NCBI GenBank assembly: GCA_965199935.1
Contig: CBDATD010000001.1
Coordinates: forward strand, 701,984 to 765,983
Direction: 5' to 3'
From: Bdellovibrionales bacterium
GTDB lineage: Bacteria; Bdellovibrionota; Bdellovibrionia; Bdellovibrionales; UBA1609
DNA: 64,000 nucleotides
Shown here: piece by piece, positions 57,575-64,000 of the stretch
Layout of the letters: the number at the start of each line of letters is the position of its first letter
Position numbering within the stretch: the first letter of the stretch is position 1
Notes under the pieces: model-generated
The model's input: only the letters and a program-made list of their open reading frames with translations
What the model was told of the DNA's origin: nothing
Databases searched by the model: none
Program-made: the position numbers and the translations under genes

Positions 57575-58879
57575 CTACACCACCTGATTGAAAGATTCCG
57601 AAGAACTCTCATTTTGATGAATATAGCGGATAAACTCTTCTTTGAATTTAGTGACAAAACTAATAGCAGGAAGAGCCGCGGCATCCGATAAAGCGCATAT
57701 TGTTTTACCCATCATCTGCTGAGATATTTTTTGTATAAGGTCTATGTCCTGCAGACGCCCCCTGCCGTTTAAAATATTTTTTATTATTTGATCCAGCCAG
57801 CCTGTTCCCTCTCGACAGGGAGTGCATTGACCGCAGGATTCATGATGATAAAAATTCATAATCACGGATAAAATATCCACCATGCTGTTGGAATCATCAA
57901 TAACAATCACAGCCCCAGAACCAAGCATACTGCCTAAATCCATCAAGCTTTCATAATCCAATCGGGCCTTTTGGCATTCTTCAGCGGTGAGTACAGGGGC
58001 TGAAGATCCGCCGGGAATACAGGCTTTTAATTTTCTTCCAGGAGGCAGTCCGCCGCAAAGCTTGATCAGATCCATCAGAGGGAAGCCAAGTGGAACTTCA
58101 TAGTTTCCGGGTTTTAAAACATTGCCGCTGACAGAAAAAATTTTAGTGCCTGAAGAACGTGAAGTTCCAATAGATTTATACTTTTTGGCGCCATCTTTTA
58201 CGATAGGTATAACAGCGGATAAAGTTTCCACGTTGTTGACAATAGTGGGTTTGCCCAGATAGCCCTTAACAGCAGGATAGGGAGGTTTGAGTTTGGGCTG
58301 TCCTTTTTTGCCCTCTAAAGATGAAATCATCCCTGTTTCTTCTCCGCAAATATAAGCACCGGCTCCGGCGTAAATATCCATTTCGTGGTCAAAACTTGAG
58401 TTCAAAATATTTTTTCCTATGTATCCGCTGTTTCGAGCCTCATTTAAAGCCTGCTCCATAATGGCAAGGCTGTCTGTGTATTCACCTCGGATGTAAATGT
58501 AGGATTTATGAGATTGAATGGCAAAGGCGGAAATCAACATCCCTTCAATAAGTTGATGAGGGGCTTTTTCCATCATCATACGGTCTTTGAAAGTCCCCGG
58601 CTCCCCTTCATCTGCATTGCAAAGAAGATACCTGGGTTCATTATTGTCAGGCAAAAAACTCCATTTGACCCCTGTGGGAAAGCCTGCGCCTCCTCTGCCT
58701 CTGAGACCGGATTCTTTGACCATTTCCACAAGCTCGCAAGGCTGTTTGCTTAAAGCCATCTTTAAAGTTTCATAACCTCCGTACAGCTTGTAGCCTTCAA
58801 GGCTTTTGTAATTTTTTTTATCATAATGTTCTGTGAGAAGCTTGTGTTCCATAAAGAGGTCCTTTTTTGCCGCCGGCAT
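57575..58879 (-). CDS. nuoF: NADH-quinone oxidoreductase subunit F
   Basis: GLRGRGGAGFPTG, GAGAYICGEETGMISSLEG, ESCGQCTPCREG. Confidence 0.95.
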   Translation of the reverse strand: MPAAKKDLFMEHKLLTEHYDKKNYKSLEGYKLYGGYETLKMALSKQPCELVEMVKESGLRGRGGAGFPTGVKWSFLPDNNEPRYLLCNADEGEPGTFKDRMMMEKAPHQLIEGMLISAFAIQSHKSYIYIRGEYTDSLAIMEQALNEARNSGYIGKNILNSSFDHEMDIYAGAGAYICGEETGMISSLEGKKGQPKLKPPYPAVKGYLGKPTIVNNVETLSAVIPIVKDGAKKYKSIGTSRSSGTKIFSVSGNVLKPGNYEVPLGFPLMDLIKLCGGLPPGRKLKACIPGGSSAPVLTAEECQKARLDYESLMDLGSMLGSGAVIVIDDSNSMVDILSVIMNFYHHESCGQCTPCREGTGWLDQIIKNILNGRGRLQDIDLIQKISQQMMGKTICALSDAAALPAISFVTKFKEEFIRYIHQNESSSESFNQVV

Positions 58880-58885
58880 TTTCCA

Positions 58886-59341
58886 CTATTTAGATACTCT
58901 TTCTTGAAGTGTTTTTGTGATTTTTTCCAGAGATGTTTTTTCTATGTAAGGTTCACGGTTGATCTGCAAAACGGGAGCTGTATCGCAAGAGCCTAGACAT
59001 TCCACAGCGCTCACAGTTGTGTTTGGATGATTTTGTTTTTTCAGTTCCTTCAAGATTTGCCGGCTCCCCTGCATGGCACATGAAATATTACAACACACTT
59101 GAACATGAAGAGACCCCACAGGTTTTTTATTAAACATTGTATAAAATGTGAGGACTTCATAAATTTCCGATTCACTAAGGTTCATCAAACGGCTGAGCTC
59201 AGCCACACATTCTGGAGAAACCCAGCCTCCATTCTCGTCTTGGGCGCGGTAAAGGCAGGGAATCACAGCAGAGAGTTTGGTTTCATATCGAGTCATCTCT
59301 CTCTTAACGAATTGAACCCCTTCTGGAGACAGTTTGAACAT
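58886..59341 (-). CDS. nuoE: NADH-quinone oxidoreductase subunit E
   Basis: VCCNISCAMQG and CLGSCDTAPV 2Fe-2S motifs. Start moved to MFKLSPEG (59341); the track N-terminal extension looks non-coding. Confidence 0.85.
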   Translation of the reverse strand: MFKLSPEGVQFVKREMTRYETKLSAVIPCLYRAQDENGGWVSPECVAELSRLMNLSESEIYEVLTFYTMFNKKPVGSLHVQVCCNISCAMQGSRQILKELKKQNHPNTTVSAVECLGSCDTAPVLQINREPYIEKTSLEKITKTLQERVSK

Positions 59342-59633
59342 AAAACTCCTTCCGCTTTTAAAAAAGAGTAACGGACGATTGGAGTTTTTACAATGTTTTT
59401 TTAGCTGCCGGCGGGGGTGCATCTGTGCTGAACTCGTTTGAACCTCTGTCCGCCTTGCCCATGCAGGCGCGGGACTCGGCAATTTCAATTGTCAGCTCCG
59501 CCGCCTCGCTCCTGTGAAAGCGGGGTCCGTCTTTGCAGGCTGTTGAGTTTTTTTCTTCGTTACACGGCACTGGCGAATTTGAAGAGGAAAACTTGAATCA
59601 AATCTGTTCATTGTGATACAGTGTCTCTCTAAT

Positions 59634-60836
59634 ATGAATATAAAAGAAATTGAAAAATATTTTCCTCAAACACAAACGGATTTGATCTATCTTGACAGCG
59701 CCTCCACCACTCTAAAACTTCAGCCGGCTATAGACCGTATTCAACAGTTTTACACTTATGAAGCCTCCAATGTTCATCGGGGAGCCTATCCTTTAAGCGG
59801 CCGCATGACCGATTTGTATGAAGAGAGCCGTCAAACTGTTGCCAACTTTCTATCTGCAGAGCATCCAGAAGAAATTGTATTTACAAAAGGCGCTACAGAG
59901 GGAATTAATTTGTTAGCTCATATTCTTCAGCCCCAGCTTAAAGAAGGGGATGAAATTTTGCTGACCCAAATGGAGCATCATTCAAATCTACTTCCTTGGA
60001 AGGTGTTAGCTCAAAAACACCGCCTCAAAATTAAGTACCTCCCTGTGGCTCCGAATGGAGAATTAGATCTGTCAAAGTTTGATCAATTTTTAACCTCAAA
60101 AGTGCGTATTTTTTCTTTTGTTCATCAATCTAACTCTTTAGGCACTTTAAACCCTGTTCAAAAGCTGATTCAACAGGCGAGACAGGCGGGTGCGGTGACC
60201 ATTTTGGACTCTGCTCAAGCTTGTAATAATCAAAATATTGATGTGAAAAAGCTGGATTGTGATTTTTTGGTTTTTTCTGCTCATAAGTTGTTTTCCTCCT
60301 TTGGGGTGGGAGTGGTTTACGGCAAAAAGAAACTTTGGGAGCAGTTTGAGCCTTACCAAACCGGAGGAGGCATGGTTTTGGATTCAGTTAAAAAGATATG
60401 GGCAAAACCCCCTCATTGCTTTGAGGCCGGCACTCCGCCCATTGGGGGAGTGCTGGCATTGTCCGCCGTCATAAAGTTTTTAAGACAGCATACTAGTTTT
60501 GAAGAAATTGCAAAGTATGAAAAGCATTTGATGAACTGTGCTGAATCCGCCTTAGAAAAGATCCCTCAACTGCGGGTGATCGGCGCATCTCCCACGAGAG
60601 TTAATATTTTGTCATTTATTATAGAAGGTCTGCATTCGGATGATACAGCTCTCCTTGTGGGCCGGCAAAATGTAGCTGTTCGGTCAGGACATCACTGCTG
60701 CCAGCCTCTTATGGACCATTATGGCTTGAAATCAGGCACCCTTCGCGCTTCTTTTTCTGTGTATAATAAGGAGGAAGATATTTTATCTTTGAAAAAAGCT
60801 TTGTTAAAGGCTATTGATATTTTAAGAGGTGTTTAA
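59634..60836 (+). CDS. sufS: cysteine desulfurase, SufS/CsdA type
   Basis: Class V aminotransferase; FSAHKLF (PLP Lys); RSGHHCCQP catalytic Cys loop. Confidence 0.85.
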   Translation: MNIKEIEKYFPQTQTDLIYLDSASTTLKLQPAIDRIQQFYTYEASNVHRGAYPLSGRMTDLYEESRQTVANFLSAEHPEEIVFTKGATEGINLLAHILQPQLKEGDEILLTQMEHHSNLLPWKVLAQKHRLKIKYLPVAPNGELDLSKFDQFLTSKVRIFSFVHQSNSLGTLNPVQKLIQQARQAGAVTILDSAQACNNQNIDVKKLDCDFLVFSAHKLFSSFGVGVVYGKKKLWEQFEPYQTGGGMVLDSVKKIWAKPPHCFEAGTPPIGGVLALSAVIKFLRQHTSFEEIAKYEKHLMNCAESALEKIPQLRVIGASPTRVNILSFIIEGLHSDDTALLVGRQNVAVRSGHHCCQPLMDHYGLKSGTLRASFSVYNKEEDILSLKKALLKAIDILRGV

Positions 60837-60837
60837 A

Positions 60838-61419
60838 GTGAGTCATTTATCTCCAGAAGATGTTTTGATTCGTATGTGGAAAACTCCTAATCCTTACGCT
60901 TTGAAGTTCACTCTCAATGTGCCTTTAAAACAAACAGGAAAAGCGACTTTCCATTCTCCTGAAGAAGCCTCTCATCTTCCTCTTGTACAGTCTCTTTTTT
61001 CGATTCCAGGCCTTAAAAGAGTCTATTTGTTTCAAAATCAGATGACGTTGACTCACAGCGGGCAAATTTCTGAAAAGGAAATAGAGGAGCAGGTGGCGTC
61101 TGTTGTACACACTAGAATTCAAATACACGATCCTCACTTTACAGTGGAAGAGCCTCAAGCGTCTGCGCCTTCTGTGAAGAAATCAAACGATCCTGTTATT
61201 TCCAAAATAGATGAAATTCTAGACCGTACGGTCCGTCCGGGGCTTCAAGCAGATGGGGGAGATCTAGAAGTGGTCTCTGTGGAAGATAATCAAGTGAAAA
61301 TTGCCTATCAAGGAGCTTGCGGCGGGTGTCCAAGCGCAATGGTAGGCACTTTAGAGGCCATTGAAAATATACTTCAACATGAAATGAACCAGCCGGATCT
61401 CACCGTTATACCTGTATGA
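60838..61419 (+). CDS. Nfu/NifU-like Fe-S cluster scaffold/carrier (Nfu_N + NifU C-terminal domain)
   Basis: TPNPYALKF in the N-domain and GACGGCPSAMVGTL (CxxC) in the C-domain. Start is either the GTG at 60838 or the one at 60829. Confidence 0.8.
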   Translation: MSHLSPEDVLIRMWKTPNPYALKFTLNVPLKQTGKATFHSPEEASHLPLVQSLFSIPGLKRVYLFQNQMTLTHSGQISEKEIEEQVASVVHTRIQIHDPHFTVEEPQASAPSVKKSNDPVISKIDEILDRTVRPGLQADGGDLEVVSVEDNQVKIAYQGACGGCPSAMVGTLEAIENILQHEMNQPDLTVIPV

Positions 61420-62615
61420 AGAGAGCTTTATTTATTCTGTTCTTTTTTTTGATTCAAAAAAGTTTTTGTGAAGAACCTCATCAAGACGCCTACACTCCCT
61501 TAAAGGTATTTGCTGAAAGCCTTCATTTGATTGAAAAGCATTATCCTAAAAAAGTGAGGCGCAGGCAGTTGATTTCTGGAGCCATCAAAGGAATGCTTTT
61601 TGAATTGGATCCTTATTCTCATTTTATGACTAAGAAGGAAGCAAAAGACTTCCGCAGGCAAAGTCAGAGCAGGTACGGGGGGATAGGGATAGAAGCGGCT
61701 TTTCAAAAACAAAAAATTGTTGTCACTTCTGTGTTTGAAGGCTCACCGGCTTTTACAGCGGGAATTCAAGCTGGAGATATTTTAACCCATGTGAGAGGGG
61801 AGCCGCTTGAAAAATTATCTTTTGATACAGCTGTACAAAAAATAAAGGGAAAAATAGGAAAAAAAATTACATTACAAGTTTTAAGGAATGGAAAAAGAAA
61901 ACAATTTTCAATGCCTTTTAAGCGCATCCGTATTGCTTCCGTGAAGGGGGTGAAAATTTCAGACCATTTTTTTTATGTACGCATTTTATCTTTTAGAGAT
62001 TCAGCTTTCAGAGATCTGAAAAAAATTTTGAAAAAAGAATTTCAAAAAGGCCCTAAAGGGCTTCTCATAGACGTTAGGAAAAATTCAGGAGGCATTGTGG
62101 ATCAAGCTCTTTTGTCTGCGGATCTTTTTATTTCTTCAGGTATTTTGACCATGATTCAAAGCCGCCGCACAGAGCAGAATAAAATTTTCCGAGCTAAGCA
62201 AATAGGAACTTTGCAAACTAAATTTCCTCTGGTGATTCTTATGGATCGTTATTCCGCTAGCGCCAGTGAAATTTTTGCCAGCGCTTTGCAGGACAATCAA
62301 AGAGCTGTCCTGTTTGGGGAAAACAGTTTTGGAAAGGGTTCTATACAAAGTGTGTTTGATATAGAGCCTTATGGAACTCTGAAATTGACTGTCGCTCACT
62401 ACTACAGCCCTGAAGGTAGAATTATTGAGCGGAAAGGAATTGAACCGGATATAAAAATACCTTTAAAAGAGAATCGTTCAGCCATAGCAAAGTTTAAGAG
62501 TAAATTTCATCCGATCCCAAACGACAGTAAAAAAAGAAAGAGGTGGATTCAAATGGAAAAAGATGTTCATCTCAAAGATGCTTTCACTGTGCTATCTGAG
62601 CTTTCTGAACAATAA
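61416..62615 (+). CDS. ctpA: C-terminal processing (S41) peptidase with PDZ domain
   Basis: Signal peptide, PDZ segment (GSPAFTAGIQAGDIL), YSASASEIFASALQDNQRAVLFGENSFGKGS. Confidence 0.85.
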   Translation: MKRALFILFFFLIQKSFCEEPHQDAYTPLKVFAESLHLIEKHYPKKVRRRQLISGAIKGMLFELDPYSHFMTKKEAKDFRRQSQSRYGGIGIEAAFQKQKIVVTSVFEGSPAFTAGIQAGDILTHVRGEPLEKLSFDTAVQKIKGKIGKKITLQVLRNGKRKQFSMPFKRIRIASVKGVKISDHFFYVRILSFRDSAFRDLKKILKKEFQKGPKGLLIDVRKNSGGIVDQALLSADLFISSGILTMIQSRRTEQNKIFRAKQIGTLQTKFPLVILMDRYSASASEIFASALQDNQRAVLFGENSFGKGSIQSVFDIEPYGTLKLTVAHYYSPEGRIIERKGIEPDIKIPLKENRSAIAKFKSKFHPIPNDSKKRKRWIQMEKDVHLKDAFTVLSELSEQ

Positions 62616-63753
62616 AATCTAAAACTTTGGACTGTTTTTTCTGCCAGCGGATAGAACTTTCTCGTTCTTCATTTTCTTTTTTACTATGATGCCTCCTTGT
62701 ATCTTCTAAATTTAATTGTCTGGATAAAGCTTGGATCAAATAACCTGCTTGAGTGTTCCATTTGCTTCTTTTCAAAATATTTTGATCATGGTCTTTCAAG
62801 TATTTTTGAATCTGCTCCTCTGAGGCTTTTTGAAGCTTAAGATTTTGAGTAATATCCTTTTGAATCTGCTCCTTTTGCATTTGAACAACGGACTCAGGAA
62901 GCTCTAGGGGGTTTTTTTCAATGAGCTGCTCCAAGGCTTTTTTTCTCAATTCATTTTGATAAGATTGTTCGGCTTGGCTTTCCAATTGTTTTAAGATGAC
63001 GGCCTTTAAATCATCTGCATTTTTCGCCTTTAGGCTTTGGGCCCATTGATCTGAGACCTCCGGCAGGATTTTTGAGGCTATTTTATTCAGCTGAATTTTA
63101 AAAATGACTTTTTTATCTGGAAATTCAGGATGTTCTTTGGGGAGGCGGGTCGTGATTTCTTTTTCTTCTTTGATTTTCATGGTGAACAAAGCCGTTTCAA
63201 TTTCTTTAAGAACAGCATTTTGACCTAACTCAATGGAGATGTTTTTTTGCATGGGCAGAGCGGCTCCTCCTTCGACTTGGCCGGAAAGATCTATGAAAAC
63301 TACATCTCCTTTTTGGCAGGGGCGCTCCTGCTCTATGGGTTTGATTTGAGCTGATGAATTTCTTAAGTTTTCGATGACTTTTTGCACTTCCCTGTCGGAA
63401 GGCAGGTGTTTTTCAGCTTTGATTTGTAAGTTTTCATAGTGTTTAACCTGTACTTCAGGGTGAGTTTCAAATCGGACTTTAAAGCAAAAGGGTTGATTCT
63501 CTTTAATGGATTGGACATCAAAGTGCGGGGATCCGGCGGGATTGAGTTTGTTTTCCTGCAGTCCAAACAAGTAGCCTTTTTCTATAAGATTTTGCACAAC
63601 ACCGCTTTGAACTCTTGAAGAATGAGTTTTTCTGATAGTGTCCAAGGGGGCTCTGCCTTTTCTGAATCCAGGCAAAGCAATTTTTCTTTGAAAACGTCTA
63701 TATTCCCGCTCAAAGGCTCTTTGCACCTCTTTCAGAGTAATTTCGACTTGCAT
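62584..63753 (-). CDS. tig: trigger factor
   Basis: MQVEITLKE..., LPGFRKGRAP ribosome-binding loop, central FKBP-like GDVVFIDLSGQVEGG. Start moved to the internal Met. Its 3' end overlaps ctpA convergently by 32 nt. Confidence 0.85.
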   Translation of the reverse strand: MQVEITLKEVQRAFEREYRRFQRKIALPGFRKGRAPLDTIRKTHSSRVQSGVVQNLIEKGYLFGLQENKLNPAGSPHFDVQSIKENQPFCFKVRFETHPEVQVKHYENLQIKAEKHLPSDREVQKVIENLRNSSAQIKPIEQERPCQKGDVVFIDLSGQVEGGAALPMQKNISIELGQNAVLKEIETALFTMKIKEEKEITTRLPKEHPEFPDKKVIFKIQLNKIASKILPEVSDQWAQSLKAKNADDLKAVILKQLESQAEQSYQNELRKKALEQLIEKNPLELPESVVQMQKEQIQKDITQNLKLQKASEEQIQKYLKDHDQNILKRSKWNTQAGYLIQALSRQLNLEDTRRHHSKKENEERESSIRWQKKQSKVLDFIVQKAQIAQ

Positions 63754-63862
63754 TTCATACCGCAAACCGCCTATTCTTCTGCATTGAATTTGAATATTGT
63801 CCACAATTGCACTATCTTTCTTAAAAAGATGGTTAAAATAGTATGAAGCAGATTAAAAGTAA

Positions 63863-64000
63863 ATGAAAAACATTCTTCTCTTGATTTTTTTATTATTTCT
63901 GCCTTCTTGTTTTTCTTCAGAAAAAAAAATAAAGAATCAATGGCCCATACCTTCAAAATATAAACAAGAATTTAAGTCTGCTTTGGACAGCCTTGAAAGC
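63863..64000 (+). CDS. 5' end of a lipoprotein gene running off the right window edge
   Basis: ATG at 63863 gives MKNILLLIFLLFLPSC (lipobox). The frame is open to base 64000. Confidence 0.4.
   Translation, partial: MKNILLLIFLLFLPSCFSSEKKIKNQWPIPSKYKQEFKSALDSLES

Overview
This 64-kb window comes from a low-to-moderate G+C Gram-negative bacterium. The lineage cannot be determined here. The long-form FadE, Grx2, a PEGA-domain Ser/Thr kinase and many lipobox proteins suggest a proteobacteria-like or Bdellovibrionota-like organism, but that is only a guess.

Most of the window is housekeeping:
- addB/addA-like helicase-nuclease pair, coaE, Ser/Thr kinase, nadK, fadE, pdxH
- the conserved block tuf - tRNA-Trp - secE - nusG - rplKAJL - rpoBC - rpsLG
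- nhaA, serA, a type II glutamine synthetase and a PhoD-like phosphatase
- RNase P RNA, which I found on the minus strand under the false N-terminus of the PhoD ORF
- a leucine-catabolism (liu-type) cluster, recO, nuoE-F-G-I, sufS-nfu, a C-terminal processing protease and trigger factor

I identified seven tRNAs by hand: Tyr-GTA, Thr-TGT, Gly-TCC, Thr-GGT, Trp-CCA, Arg-TCT, plus a 29-bp duplicated 3' fragment of tRNA-Thr-GGT.

I found no cas genes, CRISPR array, integrase, transposase, reverse transcriptase, toxin-antitoxin pair or recognisable defence gene. I cannot point to a convincing new multi-gene system.

The best leads are:
1. The tRNA array usually found upstream of tuf (Thr-Tyr-Gly-Thr) is broken up. 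It is interleaved with accessory lipoprotein and redox genes and includes an att-like repeat of the tRNA-Thr 3' end.
2. A recently duplicated lipoprotein pair shares an unrecognised Cys/Trp/Gly-rich C-terminal domain.
3. An 81-bp tandem duplication of the rpsG translation-initiation region creates a 20-codon uORF.
4. A secreted protein with seven repeats sits antisense inside the liu cluster.
5. Two tandem VWA-like lipoproteins lie next to a secreted protease-Sel1 protein.
6. The RNase P RNA is compact and flanked by a 96-bp tandem repeat.
7. The methylcrotonyl-CoA carboxylase alpha subunit is split into two translationally coupled genes.

All functional calls rest on motif recognition by eye. 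No database search was run.
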